The notes under the pieces: model-generated
Database searches by the model: none
What the model was told of the DNA's origin: nothing
What the model saw: only the letters and a program-made list of their open reading frames with translations
Position numbers and translations under genes: made by a program
Assembly: GCA_050273025.1 (NCBI GenBank)
Contig: CP158635.1
Span: 9,672,001 to 9,736,000 of the forward strand
Length of the DNA: 64,000 nt
Source of the DNA: Cenococcum geophilum
Taxonomy: Eukaryota
Direction of reading: 5' to 3'
In this document: piece after piece, positions 52,501-64,000 of the stretch
Position numbering within the stretch: the first letter of the stretch is position 1
Layout: each line of letters begins with the position of its first letter

Positions 52501-55500
52501 CTTTATTGCTTTATAAATAGCCTTAGCTTATTACACAATAGAGGGAGATAGTAAAGAATTGTTAGTTATTTAAGGGTAGGCGCCAAAGACTAGTAACGTG
52601 GGTACGAGCCTATCTGGGCTAGCGGAATTATTAACGGCCTTAATAGCCATCTGTAAGATAATTTCTTCGCTAGCATCCTCTAGTTCTAAAGAAATAATCT
52701 TATATACTCGGCGTAATGGCGTATAGTATTGCTCTACTTTTCTAATACTGTTATATGCCTTAATAGGGACTTCCTTAACCTTAATTGCCATTGCTTTTAC
52801 CTGTTGTTGAAACTCTATAGATAAGAAGTTCTTTCCTATATTATAAATGATTCGATTAGGGGGTCCTAGGTAGATATTAATCTAATATAACTAAAGGGTA
52901 TCCTATGCGTTTCTAGCTAATATATCCCTTAAGAAACGTACGGCTTAGAAGGAGGTTAATAAGTTAATAGCTTAGAGGACTAGCTTGCCGTTAAGATATA
53001 TAACATTAATAATAATATAGAAGTTAAAGTTATAGTTATCTTTAAGGGTAAACTTAAATCGGCCAGGGGACTTTTAGTTTATTTAGCAGTAATAGCAATA
53101 CTTCGTAAGATGCTTAATTGCCTTAACCTTAACTTTATAACCTACTCGTTAAAGAACCCTAAGTAGTTGGTAAATAGATAGGTAGCTAAAATAACGGTGT
53201 AGTTAACGTAGCTCTAACTTAGTTAAATAACTCTAAGCAACGCTCCTTTCTAGTTATTAGAGGAGTAACCAAGGGTAACCCTACTTGCGTACAACGGGCA
53301 CCCAATTATCTCCCTAAATAAGCATATTCTTAAGGTTATTAAGCTTAACACCTAATTTATTTATATCTTAAATACAGAATAGGAACGGGGTGTTCGCGGG
53401 AATAATGTGGAAGGTAATATATCCTAATAGGGTTTAGACCTTAATTGTGCCGAAAGAGATTATAGTACCCTTACCAAAGTAAATTGTATATTGGCCTGCC
53501 GTTAATTAGTTAATTTAAATAGAGCTATTAAGCTGCTAAAGAGCTCAAACTTAAGGTTCTTCTACTATAGATACTCCTACGGCTCTAGTATCTAGTATAA
53601 TACTATAGAAGACGTTCGCCGAGTATCTATCATTAAAGGAAAACGCGGAACTTTCCTTTAGCTTATTAAAGATATCTAACTTTATAACAGAATAGAACAT
53701 AAATTGGTTATTAAGGATAGCAATAGTTTATGTGCCATTTACCTTACTATACTTAGTAAAGTATTGGTTGGGAGAGTAGTCCTTAATATCTATATCCATA
53801 AGGAGCTGTTCGGCCTTATTAACCTTATCCTTAAGGTCTTCTATGCCTTTATATTAAACTAGAAAGCTTTAGAAGTAAGCTATAGTAACCTTATAATTTC
53901 TGATGTTTTTTACACTCTGTTAGAACTTATTATATGCCTCCTTTTACTCGTTAAGAGAGTGTTTATTTAACTAGCAATTTAGCTTTTTATAAATATAGCA
54001 CTTCTTCTAATAGTTATTCCGAAATAAACCTCTATAAGGACCTCCATAATTACTTTATAGTTAACGTTAATTATACCCTCTACCGTATCCCCTACTCCGG
54101 CCACCATATATTCGATTAGTCCAGTTATAATTATATTAGTCTAGAATCCCGGTTTAAATAGGGTTTTTAGTATAGAATTGTTAGGGTTCTTATATTTATA
54201 TTATAGTGCCTATAATAAAGCGTAGTTTAGTATATACTCCTTTAAATATATCTATAGGTTTATATAGCGCCAAGTTATACTTAGGAACGCTATGGCATAC
54301 TAAGATAACCTAGTCCCTTAGACTGTTCTTATTTTAGTAGGTTTTAGTAAAACCACGTTAGATTTTCTAGAGTTTATTAAAGAGTAGTTAAAGACACTCT
54401 AGGTAAGTTGTTATTAGGTTAGAAGCAATAACTCTCTAAAATATAGTCTCCCGCTATTCGGATATATAGAGTTAGCAGTTCTTATCAGTTTTAAAGTGGG
54501 CTCTAATAAGCTAAAGCATTATATTAAAGCTATAGTTTTTACCTATAATATAGTCGTAATAGAACGTTACCGCCCGTCCCTTTAATATAATAGAGAAAGT
54601 ATAATAAAACTAATAGCGTTAAATTTTAATCTTATTACAGCAGTTATAAAAGACCTATAGTTTTACTCCAAGTATATTATATAATTCTTCTCCAAACTTC
54701 TTCTCTTTGTCTAAATATACCTTTATTAAATTTATAACTTCTTAAAATAAAGGCTTATTAGTTAGCTGGGATAGAGGAATTAGAGGTAATAGAGGTAGAG
54801 GAAGAGCACCTCTAGGTAGGAGAGTACCTTTAGGTAGGAGAGTAGCGTTCTAGGGGTTTTATTCTAAATTAAAGTTGCCTTCCAAAGAATATAGGTTGGT
54901 TTTAGGTTTCCGTAGTTAATATATAATCTTAGCTTCCGTCCATACTAGTTCTTCTATACTAGTAAAAACGGCGTAAATATTACTAGCAATTAGGTTACTA
55001 TCCTCAGTAATATACACCCTATTTCTTTAGAGGGAGTCTCAAAAATCCTAAATAATATTAATATTACCAAGTGCCTAGGTGTCGGCGGTCCATCCTACAA
55101 AATCCTCCCTAAAGTATTCCTATAACTATAAATCGGCGTAGTAGCTATCTTAGTAGAATAGAATATAGTGTAGGAGAAAGCCGTTAACTTGTTTTACGGT
55201 ATAGGTTATTATATTAAAGGTAAATGCGTCCTAATCTTTATTAATAAGTTTTGCGTATATAGCTACCCTTAGTGGTAAGGAGTCTCTCTAGTTATTTAAA
55301 GTAGCCATAGTTATATCTTTAGAGGAAGGGAATATTAGTAGTATAGGGATTGTTATTTAGTACGCGTTTATAACGTGTATTTATAATTATAGGGCTTAAG
55401 ACTAGTTCTAGCCTTAAATCGCGAAAACTTATAAAGCGTGTTATTCTGCGTAATAGACGCAAGAATCTGTAATCTAGGGAAGGCTTAGGACTAGTTCTAG

Positions 55501-55932
55501 CCTTTAAATCCTTAGATTTATAGAAGAGTTCTATTTAAGGTTTAGGACCAGTTCTAACCTTAAAAGACAGCTTCCCTTAGCACGAGTAGCACTAGTATAG
55601 TAGCTCGTCTCTTCTTAGTAAATACCTAGCTGTTCTATGGCATAACTGTAAAGTTAACCACTAATTAGTGTTGGTTACACAAGGGGGATATTACGTAGCT
55701 ACGGTTCGTAGATAGTATGATAATTGTTATTGTTTATATATTCTTCTAAGAAAGGGGAAGGGTAAGGAACTTAAGGTTCCTTACCACGCTAGTGCCGCGG
55801 CGACACGTGACGGCAACTTGCCTCACGTGACGGCAAATTGCCGCATATAGCGGCAATTTGCCCTATTCCTAACACCTACTATTGTATTATATTGTCCTAT
55901 TATTGTTTTATATTGTCCTACTATTGTCTTAG
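49545..55932 (+). repeat. 11/21-bp minisatellite (attgtcctact / attgtgttatattgtcctgcc) split by copia copy 3
   Basis: Array at 49545-49862 resumes at 55875-55932. Confidence 0.9.
49863..55874 (-). mobile_element. Full-length Ty1/copia copy 3 (RIP-inactivated)
   Basis: 206-bp LTRs at 49863-50068 and 55669-55874; TSD CCTAC; internal region collinear with copy 1. Confidence 0.95.
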
Positions 55933-56978
55933 TACTACTATATACTTTTTGCTATTTACCAAGATTATAGTTATGGGTATTTGTTGGCTAGGATCCGGGC
56001 AGTAACTCTTAGTAGTAATTTTACTACCTAAATCTCTTATAGATTAATCGATTGGCGTAGAGCCGTTATATTATAGTAAAGCCATATCTAAGCAATCTAT
56101 ATCATGATCCTTGGCATAGTATTGTATATAGAAATATTTAATTATAAGATTTAGGAAGGTGTTTATATTTTAATTAAATTCATAAAACTATAACTAAGGG
56201 CCTTTACGATGTAGTGGCATAGTAAGTTCTACAATCGCTTTAGTTTAGGGTTGCTTAGTTACTGTAGGAAAGTCGTAATGCTTGGCGTGGTGTTAAACTT
56301 AAGGTACCTTGCCACTGCAGTGGTAGAGATATAGTAGATTAACTACTCACTAAAATATAGCGCCCCCGTTGCTGTAGTAGCCACTATAGTAACAGAGATA
56401 CCCTATATTTATAAATTTAGATTCTATATATAGTATAGCTTGCGAATTTAACGCGCTTGCCAATTTAGAGAAGCTTTTAAATTAGAAAGTCGCCAGATTG
56501 ACCGAATAATCGCGTTAGAATTAGATTTAAGCTTTAGCTCGGATATATTCTGGGGCCTTTAAATTCAATCTAAAGTTGCAACCAAACGTTCCCTAAGATT
56601 TGATGTAGGGATCTCTCCCTAAGGATCTGGTTTGATCGTAAGGTTTAGAAAGGGGTTATAATTTAGTTAAATTTATAAGATTACATTCCAAAGTCCTTAT
56701 GGCGTAGTGGTATAGTACGTTCTGCCTCTTACTATAATTTAGAGCTAGCCTAACGTGATTAAAACTTAATGTGGAAGAGCCAATATGCTTAGTATATAGT
56801 GCTGAGATTTTGTTAAATGTATAACTTTAGGTATTATAGGACACGTACAAAAATATAAGCTTAATTTAGAGCCTTACTAACACCTAATTTAATAGGAAAC
56901 GACCTTCTTTTTTAATATTTTTAATATATAACAAGTGGGAATTAAACCCGCCACGCCTAGGAGTTAAATACGCAACGT

Positions 56979-58083
56979 CTAATTGCCCAATCTAGCTAGG
57001 AGGCTTAGCGGCGATATAATAGGGCTTAATAATATAATAAGGCTCGACGGTAATGTAATAAAACTTAGTAATATAATAAGATTTAACGATATAATAAGGC
57101 TTGGTAACGTAATAAGGCTCGGCGATATAATAAGACTTAATAATATAATAAGGCTCGGCAACGTAATAAGGCTTAGTGATGTAATAAGGCTTAGCGGCAA
57201 TATAATAAAACTTAATGATGTAATAAGTCTTAGCGACGTAATAAGGCTTAGGGCCGGGCAATAAGGGGAAGATTTAAGGTTGCTCGGTTACTAATGCCTA
57301 ATAGCGAAATCCAACGGTATAGTACTACTATTAAGGTATTTTAATGCGGGTAGGTTATATAAAGGTTTCGTCTATAATATATCTAATATATCCCAAAAGT
57401 CTGCCTTTTGCTTATCTTTAAGGTCAAATTTCTGGCCTATAATGAATTAAATGTTGTAGTTGGTAAGAGCACGATAAATAATAGTATATTGTGCCCTATT
57501 ATTCTTAGAACCGTTAAATATAAAGTAGTAGGTAGTCTATTAACTTATGTCTGTTAATACCGGCTAATAAAGTGCCTTTAAAACGTACTAATATTAATAA
57601 TAGCCCTTTTATTTTATAGTATAATAAGCTTAATAGTAATGGGGTTTTGGTCCTTATAATTAAGTATATTTGTCTAGCAGAGCTAGGTTTACCAATTATT
57701 CCAGTTAGTATTATGTTATAGGTTAATTCAATATCTTACACTAATGGAAAAAGGTAGGAGGTAGATTAAATAGAATAATTAGGGTATACTTTTCTTTACT
57801 ATTAGGGATTTCGTATAGACGTTGTATAGTATGCAGGTAGGAGCTGGTAGTTATTAAGATATTATAGGCAGTAGTAAAAGTTTTACACAAGATAGTAAGA
57901 TCTTAAAAACTACTACTAACGGTTTCCCCTTATAGCAGACAACTACGTATATACGCTGTAACTATGCAATCGGCAGACGAAAGCGGTAGTTGTAAATATT
58001 AGTTTGTCTGTTTTAATGCCGTCTTACTTTTTATAATAATTTGAGATATAGAGGGAGCTTTAGTTATAGGATGATCCTCTTAT
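56979..58083 (-). pseudogene. Unknown gene relic whose C-terminus is a hexapeptide repeat, de-RIPed (SLITSP)n
   Basis: Frame ..KFDLKDKQKADFWDILDIL..LKSSPYCPALSLITSL.. runs through the 18-bp array at ~56995-57250 to the stop at 56979. Start approximate. Confidence 0.5.
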
Positions 58084-58415
58084 ATACTAATTAGGCTTTT
58101 AGAATAATAAAGATGGTATATATATATAGTCTATTAATAAAGAGGATATACCTTAATAGGAATTGTTAATATATATTAGGAATAAGAGTTGGTAGGGTTA
58201 TAGGCTGGATTACTTAATAGGTGTTGAGGTAGTTAGTAGCCGGAGTAATATTAATTTGGATAAAATTTAAACTTTTTAAGGTTTAGTTAGTTATAAGGTG
58301 GTTAATACTAAGATAATATATTATAAAATATTAAATAGTTGCATATTGTCTATATATATATATATTATACTAAGATATACTCTTATTATAGGGATTGCTA
58401 CTTTAACTGCACTAG

Positions 58416-61400
58416 CTACGCTATTTCTATTACATTATTATTAGCCTGCTAAGTAGGTTAGGCTTTAAATACTTTATAGAACTTATTAATTATTATCCTT
58501 TTAGTTATTGTATGCCTTGCTAATATAACCATATTAATTGGGTTTCACTTATCCGTACTATACGTTGTTAATATAGTGACTACTAGCGCTGGCTATTTAG
58601 ATCTAGCAGCTTGGCTAAATACTTATACCTCTATATTTACTATTATCACCGGTTTAAGTAGATGGACTCTATGCATAGAGACTAAATTTAAACCCTCTTC
58701 TTTAACTCTTTGGTTGATAATAAGAAACTAGACTATGTTATTCTGGTAAGAACCGCCTATTAGAATATAAAACGCTTTGTAGATATCCTCTTAGTCTTTT
58801 AGGGATGTCTTAGACTCTATTTAGTAAATAGTTAAATATTTAGACTGGCTGAGCCTTTTATAGAAATACTATATTATATTATTAGTAACAGTTTACTACT
58901 AGTCTAATAGCTAACTTATAAGGCGTAATAGTGTATATGCCGCTGGTTTGTAACTGCTAAACAGTAGTCTCTTATTAGGATTCCTTTTGAGTACTTTATT
59001 AACGTATTTTATAATTCTATTTAGTTTCCTGGAGTTAGCAATTATACTCTAATTCTTCTAAAGTAGATTTTTATCTAAAGGTTTATTTTATTTTTTGCTA
59101 CGGAACTCATTAACTGTCTACCTTGGCTTTGTTCTAACTTTTGTCTTATCCTTCTACCACGTATTCTACTACTTATCTCCTACCTTAGCTAGGCCTAGAA
59201 AGATAGTAAAAATTTTTAATAAGCGACTAGCTCCCTCTAGAAATTGATCTATATTAAAGATAGGTTCTTCTCTTTTTTTTTCTTTAGCTTTCTAGTGTTT
59301 AAAAGCTTTATTTAGCTGTTTGAAAGCTTTTAGGGATGCTCTACGCCAGAGCTTCTTAATGTACGGTTTAAATATTGAATTGTTTGTTATATAGCAGTCT
59401 TGGTAGACGACCAGTGGTAGCTTATTAATTACCCTCCTATTAAACCATTGGTCTTCCCCTATCCTGCGTATAATTAAGACCTTTGTAATTAAAGAGGAGT
59501 ATTTTTTAAAGCCCGTAATAACCTTGTTTGGAAGAGAAGAGTAATTAGCTACTCCTAGCTTTTTATATTTAATTAACGCTTTAACATTGTAATTATTAAT
59601 TAATTTTGTATTTGGGGAATCTGTCTAATTAGGGGCCCTGAAAATTTTTAAGGCGGGAATTAGACTTGTAAAACCTTTGCTGGTTGGTATACCGGAAGTA
59701 AACACTACTAAAGGTTGAGAGGTGTAGTAGGTTATTTTACCATTGCCGTCCTTATAAGACTGGCCTGGGCGTTAAAAGTGAGGAAATACTGCTTAATTAT
59801 TGTATACTTGTTTGGTGATTTTTATTAGATAACCTGTCTTTAACCTATCTGTATAGAACTTATTGGTAAAAATCCCACTAATGATATAATAAGGACTACC
59901 GTCTCTATAGAGATTGAGAATGGTTTTATGCTGTTTCTAAGTGGTCTAGGTTGTTGCCTAAGTTTATAAGGTCGTAATTATAAGATATAAAGCCGATCTT
60001 AGGTTTATTTTTTACTAGACTACTTTGCCTTCTTCTTTATATTTTATAGGTTTAAGAATGTCCCTATCTTTATCTGTGAAATTATACTTCTTTATGCTGG
60101 ACCTAATAAAAGCTGTATAGCGTACGCGGACTTGTAGTTTACCTCTAGGAATAAAATTATTTAGTTCTGAGGTCTTAAACTATAATTTAACATCTTTAAC
60201 TGCTTAGGGTAGTAGATTCTGTCTAGTAATGTATATAGTTGGTCCTACTGGCTAGTTAAGAAATTTTCTAGTAATACTTCCCTTAATATAACAGCACTGT
60301 GGTATGCTATCTATTTAACTTGGGTATCGGGTGTTAGGCGGCTGTAGGTGTTTATCCGTACTGGGGGTAAGGTAGAGACTTTTATCTCTACCTTTTTAAT
60401 TTTTCTAATTAAGCTAGTTAAGGTTAATCTTAGTTATTAACACGCTGGTGTACCAGATTAAAAGCATTTAAAGTATCTTGCTTAAACCTATTATATCCGT
60501 AAAAAAGGTCCCATCTAGGGTTATATAATTAAGAAGAGTATAGGTAATACTAAGCAGCTAATATGTCTATATAGCTTTACCCTTTTTTATGCCGTATAAG
60601 TGGAAGGTTGCGTCTTAAAGAGTGTTGTGAATAGTTAACGGAAACGAGAGGAACTGTAGCGCCTTTACCTATAATATTAGGTTAATGTGTGCTTCTTGTA
60701 CGTCCTTTAGGTGATTAACTTTCTAATTAACCTCCTTAATTTTATTCTTATACTCGTCTTCTGGTTCCTTGTTAGTCGAAATAGGGTTAATTAAGGCGTT
60801 AAAGTGGCGGCGCTCCTATATACGGTTAAGATTAATTTTCCTAATATAAATTAGGTTAGGGTTATTATTTATATTCTTAAATAATATATTAATAAACATT
60901 TTGTAATTAGACTTTAGCTATTTATTATACTATCCTTTTATTTTATCCTATAGTATTATCTTAAATATTTACACTTTATCTAGATCTATGTCTTTTAAGA
61001 GCTCTAATTTATTTAGTAGGGGCTAGTCTTTACTACTACGGGTCTAGCTATAAGTAGTTTTAATTATAGCCGGCCGTACGGCTGATAATATATTAGTAGG
61101 TATAGGTAGCGTGGACTTTGGGGTTAATATAGGCTTTGGATTTAACTATTTAGGTATAGGTGGCGTGGACTTTAGGGTTGACTATTTGTAACTACTTTAA
61201 TCTAGGGCAGGTATATCTGTTCTTCTTCTAGTTGGCACTGGTTGTGTAATATTAGGGTTAGAGTTAGACTTGGAATTACCCTTATTAAATCTTGTGCCTG
61301 TAAATGTATATTAGATAACTTTATATAATATTATATAATCTTATAAATTGTAAAGTCTCTTACGCTTTGTAATTTGATTGGGATCTTTAACTCTAATTAT

Positions 61401-62189
61401 AATTGTATTAAGTCCGGCCTTCTTTGCAGAAAGCACTGTAAATGCTAGGTTTATATAGTTGAGAATTGGTATACTAGTGGTTAGATCTACTATGGTCTAG
61501 CTATCCCTGTATTTATCCGCTAAGAAGTTTTTACTTATTGCGGCCTGCAGCTTATTATATCCACAGTAATATATATTAATTTTCTCTGGAGAATCGGATA
61601 ATAGATGCTTATGCTTAGTTTTTAATGCGAATCCGTATGGAATGGGGGCCCTAGTGAATGGCGTTTTGTCTAGGTAACTGTATATAGCAAAGCTTATTTT
61701 ATAGAATGGTGTAGGTGTGGTATTTGGCTATTATAGGGCTTTAATAGACAGATTACTGAGTACCTAGGTAGCCTTGGAGGTTGCCTTTGATTTAGATAAG
61801 GCGCTACGCTTTTAAATAGTATTAGCTATTATAACCTCCACGCCTTTATATCTGTTGGTCGTTATATATTACTATATAGATTTTTTAGCGGCGATAGTAA
61901 AAGCCTTAAACTTTGATGGTAGATCGGATCTCTTAAACACGTGCCTATACTTGGTATTAAGAAGGTTAAAGACTATACGCTTAACTCCATTTTGTATAGG
62001 TTTGGACGTTAGTAACCTACCGCTAGACACTTTATTGATTTTGCTAGCATAGTATTAGAGGATTTTGCTGTATGTTTTTTTGTTAATTATAAGTCCTTGC
62101 TATAGCTTTGGACCACTTATTTATAATAAGTTCTTATTAGTTATAGTGGTTAAGTACTAACTAGATTTTGGATATAGCGCCGCTATTAT
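58416..62189 (-). pseudogene. SNF2-family (SF2) helicase/ATPase, ~1200 aa, RIP-inactivated
   Basis: One frame with ordered motifs: I DGTFFTDIIGLSKIL (GG.AD.MGLGKT, ~60470-60515); II IFTNKFY (ADEFH, ~59855); III FTSGIP (SGTP, ~59695); IIRRIGEDQWFN..LP; SRKL; then, after an intron, V EGLNL and VI EV*VFSQAARSK* (Q..GR..R.GQ). Confidence 0.85.
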
Positions 62190-62659
62190 AGTTAGGGACC
62201 CTATATATTTATAAGCGGGTAAAAGCTTAATATAGAATAGTATGGAGTGACTTATAAAAACAGTGGAGTGGATAATGTATTAGATAATTAGTAATAATCT
62301 AATAAGATAATCCTAATAGTTATAATAAGATAATCCTAATAGTTATAATAAGAAGGTGTACTGATAGTGTTAACTTAAGATAATAGCGGATACTAACGAG
62401 AGTAATTTAAGAGTAATGTGAGAAATAGAACGGAATGTAAGTCTTAATATGAGAAGTAGGATAAGATATAAGCTTTAATATAGGTAGTAGAACGAAATAT
62501 AAGACTTAGAGTAAGAAACGGAACGAAAGGTATATGGCAAGATAAGATATAAGATTTATGCTGCTGACTAAGTGAATGATAATAAGAGAGCTGATAATTC
62601 TATTCTTTATATTGTAACTAGTTAGTAAAGTAGCTTTGGAAAGGTAGGGAAATAAGTTT

Positions 62660-62982
62660 AGGATAATTTAAGATATTAAAAAATGTCTAAGATTGTACGA
62701 AAAAGTGAAATATAATATAGCATTTTATTCTATAAGTGTAAGGTAAGGTAAAATATATAGTAGAGAGAGTTAGGGGGATAATTTAAGACATTATAAAAGG
62801 TCTAAGATTGTACAAAAAAAAGTGAAATATAATATGGTATTTTATCCTATAAGCGCAAGATAAGGTAAAGTGTATGGTAGAGAGAGGTAGGGGGATGATT
62901 TAAGATATTATAAAAAGTCTAAGATTATACGAAACAAAGTGAAATATAATATGGTATTTTATCCTATAAGCGTAAGATAAGG
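62660..62982 (+). repeat. Tandem repeat of a ~118-bp unit, ~2.7 copies
   Basis: ggataatttaagatatt..tctaagattgtacga..gtgaaatataatat..ataagcg..ataagg recurs at ~62660, 62775 and 62893. Confidence 0.9.
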
Positions 62983-63159
62983 CTTTAGGATACCCTTTCA
63001 CCTAAAGTATAACCTATTTTTAAGCTATGTTACTAATAAAGCAACTTTTTTTTAGGTAAGCTGTTACGTCTACTATATAAGCAACCTAAAACTAGTATCC
63101 TAGATCCTACTTATAGCTACTACGCCTTATATTAAAGATATTTGCTAGACTTATTTACA

Positions 63160-64000
63160 TATAGGTCCTGTAGTCCGAATTGTATGTTAAGCTATCTATA
63201 ATATAGCTATTGTTACTCTAGCCCTATAACACCGTACTCTTATTTATGCGCCTTTTTCTTCTATTTTCTGCTATTGTCCGCTTAATCTTTTAAACTTCTA
63301 TAGCCGCCTAAACTAATACTGTAGCCTCTTTATCTTTAAAAATACAATTATATTAAGCTTGGCTTAGCCTTAATTTCTCTTTAAAAACACGGCTATATTA
63401 AGCTTGCCTTGGCCTTAATTTCTCTAAATATATACTGCCTAGAAATATATCCCACCTTATATAACTACTATAAGCTCTACCTATAATATGGCGTCTAGTG
63501 CCCTAGCGCGGAGTAGGCTCTTTTAAAAGCCGTATTATAATGCCTTCTAGAGACTAGACACCTAAAGCTTCTTTAGCTGCTGTAAATGAGGGAGATGCTA
63601 ATATATAGATTGACGGTGGCATACTAGGTAGAGATGGCCCTAATCTTTATAAGTTGGGGTGGGATGTTAAGGTTAAGCTGGCTGATTTATAGACTAACCT
63701 AAATAACGCGTTCTTTTCTGCTAAATTATTTAAAGAGCTCTAACTGTATTTTAGCTCTCTGTACCCTGGTAGTGTGTGGGCTTATACTAATATGTTTATT
63801 TAATAGGAAACCGGAGGTGTTAAAAGGAATTCTAGAAATAAACTTTTGAAAGCCGTTAAAGATAAGTAGTTAGCCTGTAAGATATAGGCTTTCTATTTAG
63901 TTACTTCGCGGGCTTTAAATTATCTATATTGTTGCTGATACTTGTTATCTGGCCTAACCCTCTGGCGTTACCCTAATAATAAATGTAAGACTTCCGGGCG
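63160..64000 (-). pseudogene. 3' part of another RIP-mutated gene of unknown function, running off the window
   Basis: Frame ASPSFTAAKEALGV*SLEGIIIRLLKEPTPR*GTRRHIIGRAYSSY..KIKRTIAENRRKRR with only RIP-type stops. Confidence 0.4.

Larger units (their letters stand above)
42588..64000. mobile_element. Putative giant multi-gene mobile element, right end outside the window
   Basis: Sharp junction inside a copia integrase, a GC-rich inverted-repeat terminus, and at least five gene relics that are all RIP-mutated like repeats. No transposase recognised within the window. Confidence 0.65.

Noticed and set aside
52570..52791. 73-aa ORF as an independent gene
   Set aside because: It is a stop-free fragment of the copia integrase, between RIP-generated stops.
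62660..62982. Possible CRISPR-like array
   Set aside because: Plain tandem duplication with no unique spacers; eukaryotic context and no cas genes.

Overview
Filamentous-ascomycete genomic DNA. About 4.3 kb of GC-balanced sequence, holding a five-exon Myb/SANT plus AT-hook pseudogene, gives way to an AT-rich block of nested transposons of about 59 kb. The block shows repeat-induced point mutation (RIP): TpA excess, and stop codons at expected Gln/Trp/Arg codons. I found no intact protein-coding gene, and most ORF-track calls are artefacts of repeats or of antisense frames. Elements read from motifs, termini and target-site duplications (TSDs): three Ty1/copia copies, two Ty3/gypsy remnants, three solo LTRs, two Tad1-like LINEs plus a truncated copy, pogo/Fot1 transposons and MITEs, and a hAT-like non-autonomous element. 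Four things stand out. (i) An uncharacterised multi-gene, intron-containing, RIP-mutated giant element (42588 to beyond the window) with a hairpin terminus, carrying an SNF2-type ATPase and a DUF6532-like gene. (ii) A 17-kb element with an 8-bp TSD, hairpin ends and paired 12-bp minisatellites. (iii) A 101-bp palindrome integrated with an LTR-integrase signature. (iv) A hairpin-containing module shared between gypsy LTRs and the copia 3' UTR. Protein calls come from manual translation with RIP changes mentally reversed; no database searches were run. Boundaries without a TSD are approximate.
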